The position numbers and the translations under genes were made by a program. A stretch of 64,000 nucleotides of DNA from Paragordius varius (Eukaryota > Animalia > Nematomorpha): assembly GCA_964247055.1 (NCBI GenBank), contig OZ176053.1:10974001-11038000 (forward strand), read 5' to 3'. Shown here in pieces: positions 38,301 to 51,103 of the stretch; position 1 is the stretch's first letter, and each line of letters starts with the position of its first letter. The notes beneath the pieces are model-generated. The model did not search any database, was not told the DNA's origin, and worked only from the letters and a program-made list of their open reading frames with translations.

Positions 38301-40710
38301 TAATTATTTACAAAAATATCTAGTAGCTATCAAAAATATTTTTTAGGTATGAAAATTAAATGTTAGATTCACATTTTATATTACAAAATTGGTTCAGAGT
38401 TAGCAAATTATCAGTATCTAATTATTGCTATCTTGCATATAAATAATAATTAAAAATGTAATTATACCTACCTCTTGATTCTTTGAACCTTCTGTAGTAT
38501 AATTGGAGCCTAAAGCGCATGTATTGTACACTCTAGAAGTTTAAAATTTATATATTATTTCTTATATTTTTATCCCTTAAAAACAGAATTATTTGTGGAT
38601 ATTTCCGATTGATATATTTATATGCAACATGTTTTAAATAATAAGTTCAATCTAACTAGCAGGGGTTATGATGGCTTTTCGATAATATTAACGATTTAAT
38701 ATATATAACCCTTTTTATTAGAATGTATACGGATGATGCTCAATCTTTAAGCCATTCCCATTTCCCAACTTTCGATTATATTGTGTAATAGTATATAAGG
38801 TTGTCAAATCTCGCCAACTTGTTGTGTATTTGTAGAACTAATTCTTTTGTTCATAGTTTTGGGCAAATTCCATTTTCACTTACTTCTGTTTGCATATATT
38901 TCATTTCTCCGCTTTAGTCTGTTTTAGTATTCAGGATTAAGTAATGAATTTTAATTAAAGTATTGGTTCCTTAAACCTTTGATTGTTTTCCATATTGCTG
39001 GCTGTTTAAGGTAGTCCTCATAATCCTCCTATGTTTATCATTCAAGCTCCATGATATTTAATTATCCCCCTATAGCTTTGCTTTTCTGCTCTTTTTAAAC
39101 AGTTTTATGAGATTAGGTTGAACCTTAATAAATGAACTTATATCTGATAAAGATTATAAATTATAGGTCACATCTTGATCGCATGTCTCAATACTATTAT
39201 ATATTTAATGATATGAAAGATTAACTTATGGTTTATGTTGAGCGATTTGCAAGCGCTAAAATATATAATATTTTATTTTTCCTATCATCATTGTGTTTAA
39301 TGGTGGTCACTAAATATATTTCACTAATATATAGCATTAACAGCTCAAATCGATTTGATAAAGGACATTAATTTATAAGAAACAAAATTTATACGAGATA
39401 TGTGGGATTTAATTAAGAAATGATTGCAACTTGATTTTTTACAAGTTTTCCTACAATTTAATTTTTAGATGCGAGTCGTCTTGAATTTTTCGCTTTCTAA
39501 TAAAATGGGCTAGTCTTTTAAAGTAAGACACGGAAAATAAATTTGCAGATAAAATTATATAATGTTTTCAAGAGTTAAATGATTCATCATTAGTGTACAT
39601 GTACACCTCGTGGTGATACAACACATCCCGATAAGTTCCATTTTCAATTACCATGTTACCATATTTGAAAACTTCCTTCAAATAGGATTCAAAATAAAAA
39701 AATTAAATAAATATAACATTGTCTCCAATCCAAAAGCACTAGAGGATTATTTAATTAGAATACTCAAATATTTAATTAAGACAACCGAAAATGTATACTG
39801 TCTCATCGAATTTTGTTTAATAACAAACGAATATTATTAGCCATAATCAAGTTAATTTATGATAAAGTCATTCAAAAATATTAGTAACCATAGTAGTATG
39901 AATATTTATAACCTTGTCTCATATAATATTTGATGGCCTAAAGTTGTTCAAGTCCACACTCGATGTATCGGGATGCGTTTAAATTGAAGTAAGCATTCTT
40001 TGGTTTATAGGATGTGATGAAACACTCATTTTTTTAAAAAAAGTATAATATAACCAGGCAGCCATATTTTATATACAATATGCGTAAAAATACATTGCTT
40101 GTAAAACATAAACTGCCAGATAACATGTAAAATAAACATTGTTTTAGGCTTATTGGTGCATATGAACAGGGACTTTATCGTTTTTTCTTGTTTCTTAGTG
40201 CAAAAATTATTTACTAAAGATTGTTATTAATATTAAAAACTGAAACATAAATGTATAAACTAGGAGATATAATTAATTAAATTAACTACGAGAGCAGCCG
40301 TAAGTCAAATTTATGGTCAGGTAGATAGGATTACGACAACTGTTTATTTAGGACAAAAATATCCAAAACAAATGGTTTCAAAGGGCCCCATCTTAGATTC
40401 AAAAAATCCGACGGGGTTCGCTGGTTATAAACAAGTATTTATCACTATTTATTTTAACAATATTTGCTATGATTGGGAAAATATAATAAAATTTTTTTTA
40501 GGGAATTAAATTTATTTAGATTATGTCAAATTTTTTATAAAATATCTCGCAAGCTGCAGGATTTTGGACTAAATCACTTATTTTACGCTCAAATTTTGAT
40601 AAATAGTTTTTGTTTATCAGGTATTGTATTTGACAACATGAAATGAAATCTAAAACCCTAAAATATATGGAGTATCCTACAATAAAAGTTAGCATACCGT
40701 TACAGTGCCG
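32310..40710. repeat. Giant diverged palindrome (fold-back); arms ~32310-37350 and 37417-40710, 66-nt loop
   Basis: Collinear reverse-complement anchors: 36610/37945, 36740/37790, 36930/37660, 37100/37460, 35435/38025, 35270/38170, 35060/38410, 34990/38480, 34500/38990, 34340/39130, 34090/39315, 33850/39435, 33080/39975, 32720/40262, 32575/40285 and 32370/40635. Confidence 0.85.
35446..36536. mobile_element. 1,091-bp CACT-ended non-autonomous DNA transposon with TTA TSD, inserted in the left palindrome arm
   Basis: Flanks read tta|CACTAGACAACAAAT ... ATTTGTTGTTCAGTG|tta. The right arm shows the empty site at ~38000-38027. Confidence 0.88.
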
Positions 40711-41199
40711 ATTTTATACCTACTTTTGATTATTGATATTAGTTTAAAATTTCGATAAATTTTTTTATGCTCGAATTCTATGGTTTTTAAACAACTAAAG
40801 CTTTCTTAACATTAGATATTAGAAATAGAAGACATATTTTAATTTTATATTTATTGCATACATGATGATAAAAAAATCGAATATAAATTTCTTTATTATC
40901 TTTTTGCTTAAGAAATGCATCTTTTTGTGTAATGTTTAAATTAAGAATTATTATTTGATTCTTATACTATACTTTATTCTGTAAATACGAATCAAATATT
41001 GTTAAAAATATTTTAAAGATCAATAAACTTTACTCCGCCATATAGGTCGCAAAATAAATACGAGAAATATAGTATTATAAACGCAAATATCAAAAGCGTC
41101 CTCTAAAATTTGATCAACATCTTTATGTAATTTGAACTTGGTTATAGAAGCTGAGGGACGATATATATGAATAGAAGTATTAAACCTAAACTTGCATAT

Positions 41200-42070
41200 T
41201 AATAGCTTATGGTTAAACACGGACATTTTCCGAACGACCAAGGATCTGTAAGCTGCCTGAAATTTTAGTTGGAAGGCGATGTTTCAACAAAGTTGCGCGA
41301 TGCATTTTTAGTTGGTTTTACAAATCAAAGTTGAGAGATACAAAGAGAGAGAAGAGAGTAGGTGCAAAAGAAGAAAAAAGTTGCATTTCTATGACACTCT
41401 GTCGAAATAACTTATTCTTAACAATTACAGAGAGTAAATGCTTAAACAACAACCAAAAAAAAACATAACAATAATAAATGAATATTTTATAATACGAAAA
41501 GCCCTCAAGTAAACCAATAATGAAATGATTAAAAAAATCATGTGTATTCTGGTAAATGGTGGTACCTCCACCGTCCTTTTCATTGTCCAGCGAAAGGTAA
41601 AAAGGGACTCATGTGCCACAGATCACTTCGGCAGTGTGTGCAGGGCTAGTCGATGACCGGGAAATATAATTCGCACAATGTTGGGGGTGACTCCGCGAAG
41701 CAGAATAAACAGTGTCAGATGATATTTGATACCGGAACGAAGGTATTAATCATCGGGAAAAGGGAATAAGAGGTCAATGGTAAGCCCAGATCTACACCAA
41801 CGATCCAGTTTAAAAGCTAAGCTAAAGGATTGTGTGCCACAGTCAAGGAAAGAGCGCGTCTTACCCTGTAAGCTCGCCAATATAATTCGTCAGCCATTAT
41901 GGAACTAATTGGATGAGGGCACTCCAGTTTGATATCCTAAAAACGTACACGTATATATAATACCATGGATAATAGATTGATTTTTGAATTTTACAGCCAA
42001 ATGGCAACGTTCACTATCCTATTGATAAATTATTGATTGACCCGAAGTCCCAGTCATTTCCATGTCATCG
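41200..42070 (-). mobile_element. Degraded 3' end of a non-LTR retrotransposon (I-group-like)
   Basis: Minus-strand fragments (NDWD, CRSGLT, PPTLCEL, CTHCRSDL) loosely resemble the I-group C-terminus (W..WD...RLRIGH...PP.C..C), followed by a pyrimidine-rich 3'-UTR-like tract. The sequence is heavily disrupted. Confidence 0.4.
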
Positions 42071-42811
42071 AGTCCCGTTAGTAACCGAATCAAATGTGTT
42101 ATATGATTATTATTGTCACACTCCTCTTCTATTGTCTATTGCTAATCTCTAAGATGGCTAAATCGGTCTGGGTAACACATTATGTCGAAGATGAATTTTT
42201 CAATTTCCCTATTAGCAACTATGGCTTAACTCGCCTAATTATTGTTGATTCGATTGAAATTGTACGTTTATGGTCCAAGTTACCGTATAACGTTTTACGG
42301 CTTTACACTAATTTCGCTTCTTTTTCTATAGCCGAAAAATTTCACCTACAGAACATTTTTTGAAAACAATGCCATGTGTTTATATTTCGGGGTGAACCGG
42401 ATGCAAATGTTTTTAAAATCAGAGATTGGGTTGGGATTAAAAGGAAAAGGATTGGTGTCTTTCTATATTAACAATTTAGCCATTTCAAAAATATTTTGAT
42501 GTTGAACCATCTAACTGGTGAAGCTCGGTAACAATTTTATTGAAAAAAATGAATGAACCGAAAAGAGTAAAAGTCTCAAAAACAATCGGGACCTGTTTTT
42601 TCTAATAGAATTGAATAGTTGGGAATGATTTCAATCTTACTGGTTTGCTGGTTTTGCACTTTTATCCGAATAGTAACTTTAAGTATTCCACTTCAGGTTG
42701 GAAAAGCTTTATTTTATCCTATTTTAATTAAAAACCCATTCTTTCTTACTTTTAATACTAGTGTTAAATTTACTTCATCTGTTTCCCCGTAACAATCACT
42801 TTATCTAGGTC

Positions 42812-43873
42812 AGGGGTGGCCAATCTTTCCCGCGTGCTACTTTTTTGGGAGAAAATTTTTTGCGGGCACGTATGAATATTTAATATTAAAAGATCCATTT
42901 ATCACTTCAACACAAATGATGCAAGTATATATATATATATCTTTGGATTGGGGTGACCAGCAGAGGCCAGTTTAAATATATATCACGAAAAAAAAATTTT
43001 TTTAGTTTGTATATAAAATTAATCTGTATATTTGTAACTAATATAATTATTAAATGACTTCTTGACATCTGGCATGTTCTAACTGGGGTATAATCGTCAA
43101 TAACTCTTCTGTTGACATATCATGGAAGACCATGAGAATAAAAACGCATAATAATGTAATTCCAACGTAATCGGTGGACTCGTAAATTTCAAGCGAAAAA
43201 ACTGCTATAATTTAATATTTCCATACAAATTTCGGTAAGATTTTGATTAAGATCATCTTTCCACATAATTTTGTTTCAGATTGGGATAAGCTTTTATTGA
43301 TTCCACTTTCTAATTTTCAAGCAGTACTACAGATAATGTATGGCCTTTTTTCCTAATTTCTTCCTCCTGAAAAGATTTGTTACTTTTATTGGAATTTCTG
43401 ATCTTTGGTTGCAATTATACAATTTTTTTGTTGATTTTTGATTTGCGAATATCTGAATTGTATGTTGTATGGTTAGGCGAAGCGTAATAAAATGTCTTTG
43501 GAAGTTTATCTTTTTTGGCATGGTAGAGTTGCACAAACATACATTATCATTATTCGATATAAAAAAAATCTTCAATCCACATGTTTTTCTGGCTTGAACT
43601 ATTGAACTATAAGTTTCAAGGATACCTGCTTCTTATATATTTTAAAATGTTTTCTAAAGAACAAATGTTTAAAGTTAGAATACATATATATAATAAATTT
43701 TATTTAATTGTTAACGAGTAAATTTTCCAAACACAAAATAAAAATTAAATTATAGTTTTGTGGAAAAAAATCGATGTAAAAATATTTTTTATTTTTTAAA
43801 ATTTTCTAGGCGGTCACGATTTCAAATCTCGCAGTCACGAAGCCAACCGCGGTAGACCGTTTGGCCACCCCTG
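42812..43873 (-). mobile_element. Internally deleted hAT (Charlie/SPIN-type) transposon with transposase remnants
   Basis: TIRs CAGGGGTGGCCAA ... TTGGCCACCCCTG with a perfect 8-bp TSD ATCTAGGT (42804-42811 and 43874-43881). Minus-strand remnants WIEDFFFISNNDNVCLCN...KINFQRHF and FSLEIYESTDYVG...EELLTIIP (cf. FSLALDESTD...EELL). Confidence 0.9.
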
Positions 43874-45979
43874 ATCTAGGTAGACGGCTGTTCTTTTACA
43901 ATTTTTAAATAGCTCCATTATTTGATGTTTAATATATTTAAAACTAGTATTGATATTGTCAGAATGATCTGAATGAACTAAGAATCGGAAATATGCAATC
44001 TTTATAAACCAAATTTAAATATTAAATTATTAAAAGTGGAAATTATGTATTAAGGTGTGCACTTATACTTTTCAAATTCCTTAAATTGGACCAGAATTTT
44101 TTCGGCTATGAGTCTTTGGTTCAATGATTAGGGTATTAAATTGGTCTTTTCACTGAGCTTGAATGCCATAAAAACTCTTCCAGCCGGAAATACCTGCCTA
44201 CAAGCAGTTTAGAATTTGCTGGTCCAGCTCTATAAATATACTATATAAGAGTTAAGAACTTATCATTAACAACTATTAATTCATTATATGAATTTTTCAA
44301 TGTCTACGCATTTTCTTACCTCCAGTTCGTAATAATAAGGAATATCGACAATCATTCAGAGCGACGCTAAAATGCTATTCTTCTTTCAAGGGTATCTGTT
44401 TTACATACCTCTCCTAGCTTTCTGGTTGATAATACAACCATAACTGCTTCGCAACTTTGTTTGAACATGGCGTCTCTAAATAGGTTTCACAAAATGCTTT
44501 TAACCATTAAAAATCAATTACTTCATCCTTTAAATTTCGCTATAATTTGATGTTTAACTATAATTACAGGGGTGTCTAATGCAATCTTCGCAGACTACTT
44601 TAGCATTTTTGTTTCTTTTTATTTGTTTTATTAATTTTGGATAATAATATATCTTCTAAATTATCGTAAATTTTTTAAAATTCTTTTTTTTCAATGGTTT
44701 TTAGAACATTTTGTATCGAAAAAAGCGTGTTGGACATTTTTTAATTTTTTTCTGCTTTATTATATATTATTAGTATTAAAATCTTATTTATATAAAATAC
44801 AAAGGTTAAATTCTTAATTTAAATTGTTTGAAATAATTGTTATAAAAAATTGAAAATTTATTCTCGATATCATTATATACCCCTTAAAATTGATTAATAA
44901 AAAATAGATATTTAATAATACACGTTTTTTACCGTTGTAATAGCCGTTTTCGCTGTTTCTTCCTATAACTATAATAAAGATGACATTTTTGTTAACCAAT
45001 AATTGTGGAGAAAATAATTATTCTCCGATTCAACATGTAATAATAATGGCTATTTTCGAGTTTCAATGATATAATAGTTTTGCGGCTTTTATGATGGTGG
45101 TTATTGTTAAATAATCCGTCAAACTCTGCGAAAAAGCGTAATAATTATGGCTAATTATTAGTTCATACAAATCTAATATATATTTTTGGGAATTTTATAA
45201 AACATTATTAGGGTATAATTGAGTCGTGTGAAAAAAATGTATTAATTAAACGGCTATCATAAATAATAGTATAGTAGTAGAATGGAACAATATAGAAGGT
45301 TAAAGCCTTCACAGGTCCGGGCTTAAATTTTTTGAAAGCGATATATTGGGTCATTTTTATATATAAAGTTAATATGTGATTATTTTAATAAAATTAAAAT
45401 CATTTACAGCAGTTTAATAAATTTCTATAATTCAACTTTGACGCCAAAATGCAATTTTTTAGCTTATATTCTTGATATTTCTGAGACTCTCCGTAAAAAT
45501 GTGAAATCTTTGTTAATTATTGCGTTTAGAATTATCATTATGCTATATTAATACAAATATAATTTAGTTGACCCGTTTTCATTTATTGTATTTAATTTTA
45601 TTTGATCTAATATGCTAGAAAATGCTATTTTTTGATTTAAAAATTAAATAGCTTTTTTCCTAGTACGCATATATCATTTCGATATTCATCATCCTAAAGC
45701 TTTAAGCTATCGAATGATATATGAATTATTATTTTTTACCCATAAACTCCGGAAGATTGTCAAATCTTCCTGAGACAGTCGTGGTTGACTGTGTGAAATG
45801 CCATACTGAGGTCCAAAAAACAGCAATATACAAACTTTTACCAAATTTTATATCTCTGAATTTTAGTATCATTCTTTAATGAATCCATGTACATCAGAAA
45901 AATTAAATGTGAATGAAATTTTTTTGAGCACTATCTTCCAGAAGTTTGGATTTGTGGTTATAACGATTATTCGGTAATT

Positions 45980-46480
45980 ATGACAGAAAGATACGATTTG
46001 ATCCAGTCGTCAGTATTGTGAGTTTAACATTTTCAAAAAGATTTGTTAAATAGTTGAAAGGTATTGAGACCAGCATCAAGATTGGGAGGTCATTGTAACC
46101 TAAGGAATTAGAGGAATAAAGGTGTAAAGCTAATATAAATTTATCCACTAAAATTGGGGCCCTTTCAGAAGCATTTAGATAAGAAATATTATGCGAATGT
46201 GGAATAGCCTGGTCATTACAATAAAGAGAAGTTCCTAATTCTTCCTACCGTTTTATTAAATCATGTTTTTTGGTCAGTGTGACATTTTCGGGGTTGCTGA
46301 TGCTCACTTGGTAGATATTCTGGCCTTTGGCATTAGCAAGTTCTATTTAAAAATCTCAAGATGGTGTGCATTAAATAAGTTTCTGATATCCCGGCATTAA
46401 AATGGTCCGTTTCATAGCTAACTGGAGATGTCTGAATTTATCCAGGGAATAGCCCTGTAGTTTATGTTGCCTAACTTAAG
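45980..46480 (-). mobile_element. Degraded LINE ORF2 linker fragment (CR1/L2/Jockey-like)
   Basis: Minus-strand IPWINSDI and a downstream FNKSF segment resemble the endonuclease-RT linker motifs PWI..DI and FN.FF. Many stop codons. Confidence 0.4.
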
Positions 46481-47009
46481 AAATTTGAAAGTTTTTTAGG
46501 ATTTATTAAATCGTCGAAGATGAAAACGCAATTATGACAAAGTATAATATACAAAAAGAAACAAACTTCTAAAATTATATAGAAAGCGAATACAGAAATG
46601 AGAATAGATAATAATGGATGATGATTGCTAAATTAAGACCAAAAAGGGATAACAATCAATTAGTTTAATATGTTATCTAGTTTTAGGGCGGTGTCATAAA
46701 TATAAAGTGGTGCGATTCTTCTCCGTTATAAAAACGCTTTATGATATTATAAAAATACTTTATCTATATAATTCAGTAATGCTGAACGTTTTTCTCACCC
46801 CAGAGTTTGCAAATCTTCGTTCATATTTTAAGTATAATTTGGGCTTTTAACGAAATTATACCAAAATCAAACAAAATTAAAATTAAAATTCCAAAGAGAT
46901 AGAGAAGAGCAACATTGAAATATATTAAGTGTTTTAATGATATTTTAAAGCGTCTTATGCTGTTTTTATCGCGTTTCAAAGCATAGAGTACGCTTCATCA
47001 CAATTTTGC

Positions 47010-47660
47010 TATTATGTGGTTTTGCTACAGTCGAGGTCGGCTTTTTGCAATATAGTAAATAAAACTTCTCCATAAATTGCGGTTTTTAGTGTATTGTTAA
47101 GTTCAGCCCAAGTGGCATGGGTTTCTTTGTTGAATATTGTCCATCCACCTTATCCTTCTGCGGCCCCTTTTACGTGTACCGCTAACACCCAAAATCAAGG
47201 ACTCGTCCAGTGAATTAGATCTCATAATGTGGCAAAGTAGGATAGTTTGGTGCGGATGGACATTAGCAATGACATGTCGGGATTGTCTTTATTCAAAATT
47301 GCATTGTTGGTAATTTTATCCGTCCAAATTATTTGTAAAAGTTTTCTCCACATCCACATTTCAAAGGAGTTAATTATCATGTGTCGGATTTTTTTAAAGT
47401 TTAACCTTGACACCCATAGAAGTGGAAAAACGATGGCATTTGCAAGTCGAATTTTGGTTTTTATGCCGACATCATGGATGCCCGGATTTTGTTATAATTA
47501 TTTCCTGCCGTTTTGGCCATGGCTATCCTTCGTTTTATCTCGGGAGTACAATTATGATCAACACGTATTTGGCTTCCAAGATATGTGTAACTTTTAACTG
47601 TTTCAATAGTCTTCCTGTTAACGATTATTGTTCGGAACTTATAGGTTAATTTGTATGATC
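47010..47660 (-). mobile_element. 5'-truncated RTE-clade LINE remnant
   Basis: Minus-strand IETVKSYTYLGSQI...EIKRRIAMAK...KTKIRLANAIVFP...FEMWMWRKLLQIIWTDKITNNAIL...KLSYF...RKRGRRRIRWMDNI...WRS, which matches the RTE/BovB-type C-terminus. Confidence 0.85.
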
Positions 47661-49759
47661 TTTGTTTTTGAAAGATTGATCTCTAGCTACCATTATTAGC
47701 CAATAAAATTTTCTTTGCTGCATATGCTATTTGGCAATAATTTTAACTTTCTAGCAATGTATACTTACTCATACGGTATATTACTATAAAGTAAAATATT
47801 TTTAGATGCCTCCTCTAAGTCAAAAGCACCATTCGTATAATTTTCATTCACACTAATTTATAGTGAACCTGAAAATGTTAATTTTTTAAATAGACTAAAG
47901 ATCAAATGCTTTAGAAAAAAACATATTATTCAAGTTTAATCCCTAAAATCTTTTGTCAAATATATTTATCTAAGCCAAGGCATATTTTTTATGGTTTAAC
48001 CTGCTAAAACATAAATACAACAAATAATATTTTATATTGTAATTTTTCATCGCGCATTATAATTAAAAATTCTTTTAATCGTTTAATTATAAATTAAATA
48101 TATACCAAAGTTAAAATAAAATTGGCGTTAAAAAATTTGATCTCAAACCATACTGATTTATTTAGCTTTAAGCGCTTTCTAGTTTTTTAGTTGATCTAGT
48201 CAAATACTTCAATTATCGGAAGAAAACACATATAATAAAAATTCCGCACAAATTTTGTTTTAAATTTATATTTGGCGACAAAATGATTGGCAAAAAAAGG
48301 GCAAATATTCAATTAGTTTTATCCATCTATTTAAACTGTGATCGGTTTTAAATGAACCAATCTTTTTAAGGTCATTATTTTAAAAACTATGATAAAATTT
48401 ATACTTCTAGATATTAAATGGAACATAGTGTAAGCACATGGGATCAAATTAAATCCTACCTTTTGTCATATCAATATACTACAAAAATAGTAGTTTGTAA
48501 TTCCAAATTAAATTATAAGTCTACCTTTAAATGTGAAGAAGATTCTTGCAGAAATTTGCATTTGTCGAGATCGTGTTGGAATCATTAATAATTAATATAA
48601 GTTATATGTTAGGCCAATATATCTCTAAAATTACATTACTTTCTTTATTTTAAATATTTTATTATCCATTAATATAATAATAATAATAAATTATATTGTG
48701 ATTTGGGCCCTCCAATAAATTGGTACGTTTATGTTCAAGGTTTATTTTATCATATTGTCCGAAAGTCTAAACTTTATAACCATACCTTATATAAAATCAA
48801 GATAAACCACATACATAATGGATTTTATAAAGGAAAAATAATTTTAAAATTAGTTTACACTTTCTGTTTAAATCACACAAATATAGAAAAAAGCCTTATT
48901 TTAATAAATTTTGAATTTACCACCAAGATATAAAATCACTTATTTTAAACATTACATAAAAATCCGAATAAATCAGGACACGCAATCACTGTAACTAGTG
49001 ACCCCATACCATATTTAAATTGATATTATTAAAAAACTACCAAAAGAAACGGTTTATAAACATAAGCTAAAATAATCAAGAATTTTAGTTTCATAAAATT
49101 TATTTTTTAATAAATGTTTTTTCCGGTGCATTTTTGGAGTTGTTTTAATTTACATATTATTTGATTTAAGGAGTAACCAAAGACCTCATTTGCCTAGGAC
49201 TAAAATGTATGTGCTTATCCAAGTGTTGAGCGAAAAATCATCATGGCATGTATATTTAACTAGAGGTTTGGTCATAAATACACAAAAAATATAATATGTA
49301 AAGCATAAAAAAATTAACAGGACAAACAAATCTATCCATGATCTATCTGTTGAACATAAAATTACATCTTATACGCATGTCTGCAAGGATAATTGTACGT
49401 TTTTTTCCATCTTAAACTACTTTTTATATATCGGTGGGTTCGCTGGAACAACGGTGCTGGATTTTATTTAATCAAACGTTGGCTAGGGGATGTTTTACCC
49501 AATGTTAAGTGTAGTTGAGTTGTGTTTCCTGGAATAATCGTTTCCAGGGTTAGGGTAATGCATCTTTAGGTTTAATACTACAAGTATTATTTACTTCGGA
49601 GGTCGTATCAGTCTCAGTTTCAAGAGGTTTGAATTGTTGTAGTTGTTCCGGTAACTGCTGGGCGAACACTGGTTTTATTGATAACTAAAAGAAGAATTAT
49701 TAATCTCTTATTAACTTAAAAAGATATTATTGTAAAAAAAACTATCAAAAACATAATAT

Positions 49760-50420
49760 GAAGACCATCATATGTTAAGGATTTTTTTGGATAGAATTCA
49801 ATCAGAATATGAGGATGATATCTACCAGAAATAGATGGCTTAGCCGCGGAAAAGTTTAGAAAAGATTTTTTGAGTTGATAGATCAAATACAAATGTTTTT
49901 GGCTGAAAAAGATAATATATCCCAGAATTATCGATGAATGGCTATGTAATTTAGCTTTTCTCGTTGATATCACAGCTTACTTAAATAAATTAAACATAAC
50001 GTAAGTAGATTGGAGAAATAAAAAGTTTCCGGCTATTTATTTCCCAACTTCAAAAGAATAATTATTTTCTTATAAACATCATGTGTGGATGAAAATTCAT
50101 CGGTTTCAAACACAAGAAAGAGATATTGTTAAAACCCTTTTAAATTTGATATTGTAAAAACACCTGAAATTCCCAACTAAAATTTTGATTTGCAATTTAG
50201 AAATGCTTATAAACATGATTTTGATAAAAATAATTTGATTGCATTTATTCAAATCTACCAGTTAATGATTTTACCAATCCAAAAAATATTCGCGTCAAGG
50301 ATTGCATTTTTTCAAGCACCTATGTATGCGAACAAACCTATTAAGAATGAATTTCATAAAATCAAAATATATTACGAGGTTGGCAGATGAAAATTTGCAC
50401 ACCAAAAAAATTATTCAAAA
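49760..50420 (+). pseudogene. hAT (Charlie/SPIN-type) transposase C-terminal remnant
   Basis: NRWLSRGKV*KRFFEL...EWLCNLAFLVDITAYLNKLN...RMNFIKSKYITRLADENLH, with frameshifts and stops. No TIRs were found. Confidence 0.85.
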
Positions 50421-51103
50421 AAATGTGCACAAATTTTGCCATTTTTCGCTATGGGGCACTTACCACAAAAGTGTATTAAATCACCCGTAAGGCCAAAAGC
50501 AGCATGATATTCCTGATACATTTTCCTATCAATGTATATATTTCATCAGCTTTTTTGTGGACACTGTGTGTAGTTAAGAGCACATATATTTTAAATGGCT
50601 AAAGGGTATTTAATTTACATGGTTGCATCGTTTTTATTAGATAAATTAAATGTGGAGAAAAAAACAGTACTTAATTATATTTGTAATTTTTAAAAGGAAA
50701 AACTCAAGAGACATGTTAAAGAAAAACCCTTAAAACCATTCAAAATACAAATATAACTACTAGTGTTCGCTACATAGTTGGATGTTTTAATAAGTATAGT
50801 CTAGTTTGAAAAAATACTCATCTTTTATAAGTATTGTCTGCATAATTTCAATTTTACCGTAATTTCATAAACGATTTATATATTATTTTACCTCTTATTC
50901 CCCTCTGATCATCAAACTATTACGCACGGACATTTTTAGTGAGTTATGGTATAAAAGGGAAAAATAATAAAACGGACACATTTCTATTTTGATTTGTATA
51001 CATTGACTTTAATTACTACGTTAATAATACGTTAATATACGTTATATTTGAAAGTTCTTGACCTATAAAAAGGTATGAGTGACTTTTGTATTTTAATTTG
51101 ACC

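Noticed and set aside
44040-44500. Possible LINE endonuclease/linker remnant (PKKFWSNL on the minus strand)
   Set aside because: Only one short motif is convincing; too degraded to annotate.
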